Shown here: positions 1-8,906 of the stretch, piece after piece
How positions within the stretch are numbered: the first letter of the stretch is position 1
How the letters are laid out: each line of letters begins with the position of its first letter
NCBI GenBank assembly: GCA_026396335.1
Contig: JAPLWZ010000016.1
Span: forward strand, 1 to 25,978
Length of the DNA: 25,978 bases
Reading direction: 5' to 3'
Source of the DNA: Candidatus Micrarchaeota archaeon
GTDB lineage: Archaea > Micrarchaeota > Micrarchaeia > Anstonellales > Anstonellaceae
The notes under the pieces: model-generated
Database searches by the model: none
Told to the model about the DNA's origin: nothing
The model's input: only the letters and a program-made list of their open reading frames with translations
Translations under genes and position numbers: made by a program

Positions 1-1791
1 TACCGCGCCTATCACAAGCAGGTAGACCGGGATTCCGGATGGCTGCTGTGTTGAGGGCGGCGCAACTGTTGTTGCGGGCGTTACCTGCGTGGTTGGCTTG
101 GGTGGGTTTGTGATAGTGTTTGGCTGCTGCAGTTGGATGGACACGTTTTTCGGCGTGTTCTCATTGAACGGCGTGCATGCCATCACGGAGAAGTCCGCAT
201 TCCTCTGGTCAGTGCCAACAGTCACGCGGAGCTCATACCTTCCTGCCTTTTCAGGAGTGAATGCAATAGCTTGGTTGTTTGTTGCATCCACTGAAAGGAT
301 TTTTTGGCTGTTTTGGCTGCTGAGCCCTTCCTTGTAGTAGATTTCCGCAAGCGCGGTTGCGCCTGACTTGAAGATTTGCACCGTGAGTGTGCCCGGCTTG
401 CCTGCGCAGGTGTAGCTCACTGTTGAAGATGAGGCGAATGATGAGCCGCCGTTGCCTGTGCCGCCATTTCCACCTGTTCCACCGCTAGTTCCGTTTCCAG
501 AAGATGTTGCTGAAACAGACACGGTTGCAGTGTCGTGCGGGCAGCCGTTTAAGGATGCCGCGGGGCAGTTGACTTCCGCGCGCACTGTTCCTGTTCCTGC
601 TGCAGTTGCCTTGAAAACTCCGCCGTCAACTGCACCGATTGAGCCGGTTGTGCTCCAGAGGAACTGTGCGTCTCCAACTGGATTGCCGTACGAGTCGGCT
701 GCGGTTGCAGAGAACTGCTGTACGTCGCCGATAAGAAGCGAGGCTGCACTCGGCGAGATTGTCACTGTTGATACGCTGCCCGGCACTATTTCCGCTGCCG
801 CAGTGCAGGTCATGCCAGCAACCGGGCTTGCGAGAGGTGAATTCTCATACGCCGTGATTGTTACTGTGCTGGTTGCAGTTGGCGCGGTGAAGGTTGCAGA
901 CTGGCTGTTGATTGCAGGGGATGAATTTGGCTGTATTTTCCCTTCTGATGCTGACCAGAGCATTGCCGGGCAGGTGATTTCAGAGTTTTTTGGGCCCACC
1001 ATGCGCGGGTCCTGGCTGTAGCAGGTTGCACTGAATGTTTGGGTTTTTCCGACCATCACATTTGCCGAGGACGGTTCAAGTGTGCAGAACTTTGTGCTTG
1101 GCGAAGAGACTACAGTAATATCCGCGCTGCCGCGTATGCCCTGCAATGAGGGCGTGTCGCTGTAAAGCGCAGTCACCTGTCCCTTGCCAGCTGTTGTTGC
1201 TGAAAAGAGACCTGTGCCGAAATCCACTTTGCCGATTCCGCCTGTTGTGCTCCAGGTGAATTGCGGAGCCGCGGTTGCTGTTACAATTGGATTGTCATAT
1301 TGGTCAAATGCCTGCGCTGAAAACTGCTGTGCTGCGCCGGTTGAGAGTGTGACTGGTGTCGGCGAGACTGTGACTTTTGCCGCGTTGCCAGCTGTAACTA
1401 CAACTGATGACTGGCAACTGAATGTGGGCTGCGAAAGAGGAGGCGCGGTCGCAGACACTGTTCCGCTTCCGATCGATTTGCCGGATGAGAGATAAACCCC
1501 AGATGTAGGAGTTGGCGGCTGCGAAGCAAGTGCCGTGCCATCTGGCATTGAAAATGAGCCGATAGTAGTTGCCCACTGCATTTGCGGGCAGGTCACCGTG
1601 TTTCCGTTCATGTCAGCGCAGGAGATTTTGAATTGCGTTACTTCACCTACCTTGACTGAAACAGATGATGGCGAGATTGCGCAGTTGGTTGGATATGAGG
1701 ATCCTCCCCCTCCACCCGGAGCGACTGCGGCAAAGGCAATTGATGCGGCAAGCACGAGTGCAAGCGCGAATAGTAGCAACTGGTTCTTCAT
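1..1791 (-). CDS. Secreted, membrane-anchored Ig-like-module surface protein (>=597 aa, C-terminus runs off window); paralog of 1952..6886
   Basis: Hand translation from ATG at 1791 is open to base 1 (MKNQLLLFALALVLAASIAFAAVAPGGGGGSSYPTNC...QQPSGIPVYLLVIGAV). It has a signal peptide, four Ig-like modules, a Gly-rich linker and a C-terminal domain (SFASSSTVSYTCAGKPG...YELRVTV...CTP) clearly homologous to that of the 1644-aa protein. Absent from the ORF track because it has no stop in the window. Confidence 0.9.
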   Translation of the reverse strand, partial: MKNQLLLFALALVLAASIAFAAVAPGGGGGSSYPTNCAISPSSVSVKVGEVTQFKISCADMNGNTVTCPQMQWATTIGSFSMPDGTALASQPPTPTSGVYLSSGKSIGSGTVSATAPPLSQPTFSCQSSVVVTAGNAAKVTVSPTPVTLSTGAAQQFSAQAFDQYDNPIVTATAAPQFTWSTTGGIGKVDFGTGLFSATTAGKGQVTALYSDTPSLQGIRGSADITVVSSPSTKFCTLEPSSANVMVGKTQTFSATCYSQDPRMVGPKNSEITCPAMLWSASEGKIQPNSSPAINSQSATFTAPTATSTVTITAYENSPLASPVAGMTCTAAAEIVPGSVSTVTISPSAASLLIGDVQQFSATAADSYGNPVGDAQFLWSTTGSIGAVDGGVFKATAAGTGTVRAEVNCPAASLNGCPHDTATVSVSATSSGNGTSGGTGGNGGTGNGGSSFASSSTVSYTCAGKPGTLTVQIFKSGATALAEIYYKEGLSSQNSQKILSVDATNNQAIAFTPEKAGRYELRVTVGTDQRNADFSVMACTPFNENTPKNVSIQLQQPNTITNPPKPTTQVTPATTVAPPSTQQPSGIPVYLLVIGAV

Positions 1792-1837
1792 TTATACCAC
1801 CTCTCAGCAGGGAATACACTCGTGCGATTTATAATAC
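1784..1837 (-). promoter_or_regulatory. TATA box (GTATTATAAA, 1828-1837) and GGTGG ribosome-binding/start context
   Basis: AT-rich TATA-like 10-mer ~37 nt upstream of the ATG, and GGTGG 5 nt before the ATG; both are identical to the elements upstream of the paralog at 6886. Confidence 0.6.
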
Positions 1838-1928
1838 AGATTATTTTTGCAAGGCAGAATGGAAAGCAAAGGCAGCGCTCAGGCTAAGGGAAAAAAACTG
1901 GAAGGGCGTTTTTCGCCCTCCTAGATTC

Positions 1929-1942
1929 AAAAAAGAAAAAAA
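1929..1942 (-). terminator. Oligo-T archaeal terminator
   Basis: Minus strand reads TTTTTTTCTTTTTT about 10 nt after the stop of the 1644-aa gene. Confidence 0.55.
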
Positions 1943-1951
1943 CTATTTCAC

Positions 1952-4900
1952 TCAGGAGGCTGCCTTCTTCTTCCCGAAGATCAGGAAGTAAGCCGCTGCC
2001 AGGAGGAGCACTGCGCCCACCAGGAGAGCCCATGCTGGAATGCCAGATGCCTGCGGGGCAGGAGGCACAACTTCAGTGACCTTTGTCACTGGCTTGGGCT
2101 GCACAGGGACAGGTGCCTTTTCAGGCTCCTTTACCTGTATGCTCACTTCCTTTGTCTCGTTCTTCGTTGTAGGCGTGCAGGGCGGCATTGTGAAGCTCAC
2201 CGAGCGCTGGTTCTTGTCCACGCTCACACGGAGCTCGTAGTCGCCGGCTGCTGGCACCGTGAACGGCATTGTGGTGTCGCTCGAGGTTGTCTGCGAGTAT
2301 ACCGCTGTGCCGCCGTTGTTGCCTACCGAGAATATTTCAGCCAGAAGGCTTGCGCCTGGAAGCAGTATCCTCACGTTCAGGCTTCCGGGCTGGCCCGCGC
2401 ACGTGTAGCTCATGGTCGTTGCCGACGCGAATGAGCCGCCGCCGCTATTGGAGCCGCCGCCGTTGCCGCCAGGTCCGGGAGATGGTCCGGGGCTGGGTGA
2501 TTGCTTGCTGACAGTCACAGGAGCCTTTGCCATTATCACCTGTGTGATTGATGGCGCGTTGTAGTTGCCGACTACTGTCCCTGTGCCTTCGGTGGTTGCG
2601 GTAAATAGGCCGCCTGCGCTGATGGTGCCTACTGTGCCTTCCACTGTCCAGTCAACCGAGCTTACCTGCCCGAGGTTATTGCCGTTGATGTCGTAGCCGT
2701 ATGCGGAGAATGCCTGCGTGTCGCCGATGTAAAGCGAGGCGGACGAAGGCGCCAGCTGCATGCTGTAAAGCACGCCGCCAGTCACTGCCACAGGAGCTGC
2801 GCATGAGATGAGCGACGTCGCAACTGCCGCAGTGGTGAGCGTTCCGACTGCAGTCACTGTTCCTGTCCCTGCTACGCTTCCCGGGCTGAATGCAGCTGTC
2901 TGCACCACTGAGATTCCGGGGCTGTTAGGCACAATCTTTCCGATTGACGCAGACCAGTCCATAGTCGGGCACATGACTTCAGTGCCGAGAATGCTTGCAG
3001 ACGGGGTTGAGGAGTCATAGCAGTGCACCTCGAACGGCGCCGGGTCTGCGTTTGCAGCTATCTTAAGGTCTGAGGGGATCGGCCTGCAGTAGGTGCCAGT
3101 CTGTGTTGCAGACACGCTCACCTTTGCAGATGCCGATACTGTTTGTGCGTTCATCCAAGGTCCGATCACTTCTACTTTTACTGTGCCGACTCCCGCAGAT
3201 GTTGCAACAAAGTAGCCGGCGTTATCCACCTTGCCGATGACCGTGCCATCAGGTGTTTCAACAGTCCATTGCAAGTACCATGTGTCCTGCGCATTCGGGT
3301 CAAGCAAGTTGCCAGCGTCGTCATAGACTTCTGTCACGAACTTCTGGGACTGGCCGACTGAGAGCGAAACTGTCGTCGGGATGATGTTTATGCCTGCTGG
3401 CCTGCCGCCAGAGCCCGATCCAACTGCAACCTTTGCGCTGCAGGTGATTGGGTCTTGCGCCACGCTGATTGCGATTTCAGTGGCTGTTACCGCGCCCGTG
3501 CCGGTTGTCTTGGAAACAAAGTCAGCCATCCCTACCGCGTCAGGGTTTGGAGTTATTACTCCGCCCGGGGCTGTTGTGCTCCAGCCCATTGGCGGGCAGA
3601 CCACGTCAGATGAGCCGTCTGCGCTCATGCATGCGACACTGAATGTCTGCGCCTGGCCAGCTGCGAGCTGCACCGAAGACGGGGTGAGTTGGCAGATTGT
3701 CGTGCCGCTTGTTGCTGGCACCACCTGTATCTTTGCCTGTGCAACGAGCGCTGTTCCGTCCGGGGATGCCACAGTTACAATTGCCAGGCCAGTGCCTGTC
3801 AGCCTTGCTGTGAAAACGCCGGATGAGTCAATCGAGCCGATTTGAGTTGTTGCTGCTGCGCTCGGGGTTCCAAGCGAGAGAGTCTGAATAGTCCATGCTA
3901 CCTTGATGTTCTGCAGTTCGTTGCCGAACTCGTCGCGGATTATTGCAGTGAACTTCTGCTGCCCGTTAACGGTAACTGTTGCCGATGCGGGGGTTACTGT
4001 TACTGATGCCGGGGTTCCTGCTGAGATTGTCACTGGCAGGAAGCAGGAGAATGACGCCTGTGCGTCCGGGTCAAAGCCGCCTGAGCGGATTGTTCCCTGG
4101 CCTGCTACGCTTCCAGAAACGAATGTTGCGCTGCCAATTATGGATGGGCTCGGCTCGAATGTGCCGATGCTCGAGATCCAGGAGAGTGCCGGGCAGACTA
4201 CTTCTGCGCCTGCACGCGAGCAGCTTGCTGAGAGCGTTGTCTTTGTGTTCACGCCGACCACAAGGCCGGAGTCAGTGTTTGCGATTATGCTGCATGCGAT
4301 CGTAGTTGTTTCAGTGACTACCTGCACCTGCGCTGCGCCCTCGATGTATTGTGCTATCGGGGATGCCGCTACCGCGGTTGAAAGCGCGTTTGCAGTCAGT
4401 GTCTTGGATGCTGCTGATGCTGCGGGGCTGTTGAAGTAAACCCTTGCAACCACCGAGCCGCCGCCGAGGTAGTTCGAGTAGAACATACCACTCGCGTCGA
4501 CCTTGCCGATTGGCGCAGTCTGATCGTCAGAAACCACGAGCCACGTTACCGGAACGCCGAACATTTCAACGCCGTTCTGGTCGTATACGTGTGCCACGAA
4601 TGCCTGTGTGCCGTGCTGCTTCACCTTGTGCCTGTTGACGCCGATGTTAGGCCTGTCAGACGCGGGTCCGATTGGTGTCGGCTCTATTGCTGCCGGAGCA
4701 TAGGGCACGACCGTTATCGAGGTCGGAACCTGGTTGCTAGATGTTGAAAGTACAGTCACCGACGCGGTTGCCTGTATGTAGCCGGTTGTGGTGATGCCGA
4801 TCGTGTTAAGTGCGCTTGCCACTGGTGCCGGAACTGGCACCGGGCCTATTGACGAGGTTGAAACTTTTGCAACCACGCTGCAAGTCACGCCTTCCAGCTT

Positions 4901-6886
4901 TGCTGTGAAGTCTGCCTGGTTTGCCGAGTCAGGGTTTGGGGTTATTGTGCCGCAGGGCAATAATGGCAGGGGCAATATGTTGCCGCCTGTGCCGGTTGAG
5001 AGTGCTGATGCCACTGGGGCAGGCACTGGCGCTGGGCCAGGTGTTGGCAGAGGAGTTGGGCTTGTAACTGACCACGTTATTGTCTGACCCATCATTTCCA
5101 CGCCGTTCTGGTCATATACGTGTGCTGTGAATGTTTGAGCGCCGCCCGCGTTGAGGACCACTGAGCCCGGCTCAATTGTCATCGTTGTCGGAACGCCGGT
5201 TGTTGTTGCAATGACGTTCACTGTTGCCAGGCCATAGATTGCCTGTGCTGTCGGAAGAGCTGCCGCGGTTGCTGCAGGTGTGCCTGAACCAAGCGCGCTT
5301 GCAGTCGCTGCGACTACTGGCTTTGCAGGAACTACGAAGCCTGCGAAGGATGCCTTCACATCGCATGCGCCCACCTTGGTTGCCGTGAAAATTCCTGCTG
5401 AGGAAACTGTTCCGAAGTACGGGGTGGTTGCAGGCAGGGTGCTGATTGTGCCTGTGCCTGATGAGAGTGCTGCCACTGGAGTTGGTATTGGAACGGGTGC
5501 GGGTGTGGGGGCGGTTGCTGCCACCACAGACCAGGTGAAAAGCGCGTTTGACATCTGTGCGCCGAACTGGTCATAGACTGATGCTGTGAACTGCTGCGTT
5601 CCGCCGATATACGCCTTTGAGACTGATGGCGAAACTACCACGGTCGTCGGGACCGGTGTTGGGCTGGTAGTCACTGTGATTACTGCGTAGCCAACAAGGG
5701 GCTGCACGCCTGGTGCCGGGAGCGCTGCCGTGCCGGCGGTTAGAGCGCTTGCTGTTGCCGCAATAGAAGCATTTACCTTTGCAGGCACTACGAATCCCGT
5801 GAATGTTGCCTTCAATTGGCAGGTTCCTTCTTTTGTCGCCGTGAAAACGCCAGCCGTGCTGACTGTTCCACAGTATGAAGTGGTGACTGGCTGGGTTACT
5901 GCTGCGCTTGCTGTGCCTGAGATTACAGGGGTCGGGCTCGGGTTTGCATAAGCCTCAACTGCCCAGGTGAATGCCGCGTTCGGCATCTGTGCGCCGTATT
6001 GGTCGTAAACTGTCGCCGTGAATTGCTGTGCTGCTCCGAGTGAGAGCGCAGATGACGACGGTGAAACAACCACTGTAGTTGGAATCGATGTTGCGCCCTG
6101 CTGCACGTTCACTGTTGCAAAACATGAAACGCCGGTTGCTGGAAGCGCTGAGCCGGTGCCTGTGCTTGTGAGTGCCGCTGCGATTAAAACGCCCGTGCCG
6201 GTGAGGTCAGCGCCGATTGCCGTCTTGGTGCCTGCTGCCTGCACTGCTACGCTTGAGAATGACGCCCTTATTGTTCCAGCTCCGCCTACTGTGCCGGAGT
6301 TGAGTGCGAATGAATTGCCGCCCATCGACGTAATTGAGCCGATGGTGGTGATGACTGAGAGTGTTGGGCAGGAGACTATGCTGCCGTCAGATGCGCTACA
6401 TGTCACGGAAAGGGGGACTTCGACTTGTGTTCCTGCATTTATCGGGGTGGGTGATATGCTGCACGCGGTTGCAGTCAGGGTGGGTGCTGCAGCCACTGTG
6501 ATTGAAGTTGAACATGAGAAGGGTGTTGCAACCGGCGATGCTGAAAGAGAATTGCTGTAAGAGCCGGATGCCGTTACTGTTCCAACGCCTGCCGATGCAG
6601 AGGTGAATGATGCGCCGGAATCAGAGCCGCTGACACTTCCTAGTTTGGTGGTTACTGCCCAGGTAATGCCGCTGCACGCAGACCCATCAGGGAGGCTGCA
6701 TGTGATGCTTATTGCGGATTTAGTGTTGACGTTTATCGAGGAAGGATATGCAGAAAGAGTACATGACGGACCCGCAGACGGCTGCGGCGCAATTGCGCTG
6801 CCAGTCGGCGCGATTAGAGCCGCGTTCGCAATGCCCAACATGGCAAGCACGAACAATACTGAGAATATAGTTAACTTATTCTTCAT
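1952..6886 (-). CDS. Large surface protein/adhesin (1644 aa) with 12 Ig-like (Big_2/invasin-like) modules, signal peptide and C-terminal TM anchor
   Basis: N-terminal signal peptide; repeated P..v.v.P......G..Q.F.a.vYDq.G......W.v modules plus 4-Cys modules; Gly-rich linker; Pro-rich stalk; hydrophobic helix followed by KKK. Confidence 0.88.
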   Translation of the reverse strand: MKNKLTIFSVLFVLAMLGIANAALIAPTGSAIAPQPSAGPSCTLSAYPSSINVNTKSAISITCSLPDGSACSGITWAVTTKLGSVSGSDSGASFTSASAGVGTVTASGSYSNSLSASPVATPFSCSTSITVAAAPTLTATACSISPTPINAGTQVEVPLSVTCSASDGSIVSCPTLSVITTIGSITSMGGNSFALNSGTVGGAGTIRASFSSVAVQAAGTKTAIGADLTGTGVLIAAALTSTGTGSALPATGVSCFATVNVQQGATSIPTTVVVSPSSSALSLGAAQQFTATVYDQYGAQMPNAAFTWAVEAYANPSPTPVISGTASAAVTQPVTTSYCGTVSTAGVFTATKEGTCQLKATFTGFVVPAKVNASIAATASALTAGTAALPAPGVQPLVGYAVITVTTSPTPVPTTVVVSPSVSKAYIGGTQQFTASVYDQFGAQMSNALFTWSVVAATAPTPAPVPIPTPVAALSSGTGTISTLPATTPYFGTVSSAGIFTATKVGACDVKASFAGFVVPAKPVVAATASALGSGTPAATAAALPTAQAIYGLATVNVIATTTGVPTTMTIEPGSVVLNAGGAQTFTAHVYDQNGVEMMGQTITWSVTSPTPLPTPGPAPVPAPVASALSTGTGGNILPLPLLPCGTITPNPDSANQADFTAKLEGVTCSVVAKVSTSSIGPVPVPAPVASALNTIGITTTGYIQATASVTVLSTSSNQVPTSITVVPYAPAAIEPTPIGPASDRPNIGVNRHKVKQHGTQAFVAHVYDQNGVEMFGVPVTWLVVSDDQTAPIGKVDASGMFYSNYLGGGSVVARVYFNSPAASAASKTLTANALSTAVAASPIAQYIEGAAQVQVVTETTTIACSIIANTDSGLVVGVNTKTTLSASCSRAGAEVVCPALSWISSIGTFEPSPSIIGSATFVSGSVAGQGTIRSGGFDPDAQASFSCFLPVTISAGTPASVTVTPASATVTVNGQQKFTAIIRDEFGNELQNIKVAWTIQTLSLGTPSAAATTQIGSIDSSGVFTARLTGTGLAIVTVASPDGTALVAQAKIQVVPATSGTTICQLTPSSVQLAAGQAQTFSVACMSADGSSDVVCPPMGWSTTAPGGVITPNPDAVGMADFVSKTTGTGAVTATEIAISVAQDPITCSAKVAVGSGSGGRPAGINIIPTTVSLSVGQSQKFVTEVYDDAGNLLDPNAQDTWYLQWTVETPDGTVIGKVDNAGYFVATSAGVGTVKVEVIGPWMNAQTVSASAKVSVSATQTGTYCRPIPSDLKIAANADPAPFEVHCYDSSTPSASILGTEVMCPTMDWSASIGKIVPNSPGISVVQTAAFSPGSVAGTGTVTAVGTLTTAAVATSLISCAAPVAVTGGVLYSMQLAPSSASLYIGDTQAFSAYGYDINGNNLGQVSSVDWTVEGTVGTISAGGLFTATTEGTGTVVGNYNAPSITQVIMAKAPVTVSKQSPSPGPSPGPGGNGGGSNSGGGSFASATTMSYTCAGQPGSLNVRILLPGASLLAEIFSVGNNGGTAVYSQTTSSDTTMPFTVPAAGDYELRVSVDKNQRSVSFTMPPCTPTTKNETKEVSIQVKEPEKAPVPVQPKPVTKVTEVVPPAPQASGIPAWALLVGAVLLLAAAYFLIFGKKKAAS

Positions 6887-6930
6887 TTATACCACCCGGT
6901 CTTATTTTCTGTTCTACTTGTTTATAATAC
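6879..6930 (-). promoter_or_regulatory. TATA box (GTATTATAAA, 6921-6930) and GGTGG ribosome-binding/start context, within a divergent intergenic region
   Basis: Same 10-mer and same 18-bp start context as 1784-1837; ~35 nt upstream of ATG 6886. Confidence 0.6.
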
Positions 6931-6970
6931 TAGTTCCTGTTTAACCTCTGCAAATCGAGATGGGAAACGC

Positions 6971-8162
6971 ATGGAAAAACTTGGAGAAAATGCATTTGAT
7001 GCAATAATTGCTGGTGCAGGGCCATCAGGCTCTGCTTGTGCTGCCCTGTTGGCTGAAAAAGGCTGCAGAGTACTCTTGTTGGACAAGGAAAAGTTCCCGC
7101 GCGACAAGCCCTGCGGGGATGCAATAGGCGGCAAGGCATTAAATGTGCTAAAGGCTCAGGCAGAGCGGCATCGTGTTTTCTTCACCAGCTGGCGATGAGG
7201 TGGAAATACCCCTTGCTGCAGATGGACGCGAGACGAGCGGCGGATTTGTGTGCAGGCGGTTGGATTTTGACAATATTGTTTTCCAGAATGCGAAGAAGAG
7301 GTGCGTTGCGCGCGAGGAGTGCGAAGTGATTGATGTCCTGTTTGAAAATGGCAGAGCAATAGGCGTAAAGGCAAAAATGAAAAATGGCAGCGAGCAGGAA
7401 TTCCGCGCCAGGTTGATTGTTGGCGCAGATGGCACCTCATCCATCGTAGCAAGAAAAACGGGCGCCTGGAAACTAGATCCAACGCACACTTGTTCAGCGG
7501 TCCGCGCCTACTATACTAGTATAGAGGAACTGCGCGGCAACATTGAAGTGCACTTCCTGAAAGAGTGCATGCCAGGTTACTTCTGGATTTTCCCGCTTTC
7601 GCGCGGCACTGCGAATGTGGGCGTAGGAATGCTGCTTTCAGATATTTCAAAAAAGAAAATGAATTTGAGCAAGGTGCTTGAGGCTTGCTTGAAGAATAAG
7701 AAGTTTGCCTCGCGATTTGCGAACGCAAAACTCGAGTCGCCTGTGCGCGGTTGGTCACTGCCGCTTGCGTCTGCGAAAAGAAAATGCGCGGGCAATGGCT
7801 GGATTTTGATCGGGGATGCCGCTTCGCTCATTGACCCTTTTTCAGGAGAGGGAATCGGCAACGGGATGAAAAGCGCGAAGATTGCTGCAGATACATTAGG
7901 GAGTGCGCTGCTGAGGGGCAGTGTGGCGGAAGCTGACTGCCTTTCCTATGAGAGCGCGCTCTGGAAAGAAATTGGCGCTGACATAAAATCCTCCTATAAT
8001 CTACAGAAACTCGGCAGGAATGAGTGGCTCCTGAATTATATTATTGGAAAAGCGAAGAAGAGCAAATGGGTGCAAGGTGAACTCGCGGGAATGATTGCGA
8101 GTAAGGAGGCAAAGAAAAAGGCGACTGACCCGATGTTCTACTTGAGATTGCTGCTGTCTTAG
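6971..8162 (+). pseudogene. Geranylgeranyl reductase family FAD oxidoreductase, split by a frameshift near 7152-7172
   Basis: 6971..7198 has GAGPSG (FAD binding) and FPRDKPCGDAI. The next frame is open from 7152 (RLRQSGIVFSSPAG...) and contains VGADG, GYFWIFP, ANVGVG and GDAASLIDPFSGEGI. Total span 1192 nt = 3n+1. Confidence 0.8.
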
Positions 8163-8168
8163 GCGCGC

Positions 8169-8888
8169 CTAAATTTTCACGAACAGGAATTTCTTTTTGT
8201 TGCCCCGTATTTTCAGAGTCTGCTTTTCGGAGAATGTGCCCGCGGGCTGCCCGTCGACGAAAAGGTGCGCCTTGTCCGGCGCGGAAATGCGGAGGGTGCA
8301 TTGAGAGGATGCCGCAATTATAGTTGGCTTGAACTGGCGCCTGAAGGGCGCAATGGCAACCACCTGATAGGCATTGGCAGACTTTTTCATTTCTTTTCCC
8401 CCGCATGAGTAGCAGTATGCGGGCGAGCCGGTCGGCGTGGAGAAGAATACGCCGTCTGCGCGGAATGCGAAATGACGCGAGCCTACCTGCAGATGCATTG
8501 AAAGAATTCTCGGCTCTGGGTTGCGGATGCCGATTTCATTGAGCGAAAGCGGCAGCTTTTTCCCGTTCAATGTTGCTTCAAGGAGAAGACGCTGTTCAAC
8601 CTGCTTGGAGCGCAGTGCTTTTGACAGCTTTTTCTTCCAGTCGGAAAAATCGGCCTGGCAGATGAAGCTTGTTTTGCTGCCGATTGAAAAGAACGAAGTG
8701 CCATAATGCTTCTTTGAGAAAAGAACAGTGCCGTCGCCGCCAACAGTGATTATGAGCTGCGGGGAAACGGGCGAGATTTTGATGCCGCGCGCAAACAGGA
8801 ACGATTGCACTTCCTTTTTTATCTGGCGGGCGACATGCTTTTTTTCGTTTGCCACAACGAGTGCGCGAGTTATTTTTTTGAGTGCCAT
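8169..8888 (-). CDS. nadK: NAD(+) kinase
   Basis: GGDGT motif, LNE motif and ADGVFFSTPTGSPAY..S.GG motif. Confidence 0.9.
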   Translation of the reverse strand: MALKKITRALVVANEKKHVARQIKKEVQSFLFARGIKISPVSPQLIITVGGDGTVLFSKKHYGTSFFSIGSKTSFICQADFSDWKKKLSKALRSKQVEQRLLLEATLNGKKLPLSLNEIGIRNPEPRILSMHLQVGSRHFAFRADGVFFSTPTGSPAYCYSCGGKEMKKSANAYQVVAIAPFRRQFKPTIIAASSQCTLRISAPDKAHLFVDGQPAGTFSEKQTLKIRGNKKKFLFVKI

Positions 8889-8906
8889 GAGTATTGCCCG
8901 GAATGC

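Noticed and set aside
89-6944. Many long + strand ORFs (e.g. 452..1021, 3903..4439, 6018..6560)
   Set aside because: Antisense shadows of the Ala/Thr/Val/Pro-rich surface genes, whose codon usage yields few stops on the opposite strand; no independent motifs.
7196-7198. Stop-codon readthrough or programmed frameshift rescuing the GGR gene
   Set aside because: Readthrough stays in the wrong frame; there is no slippery heptamer; a +1 shift would give a product that appears to lack a conserved segment.
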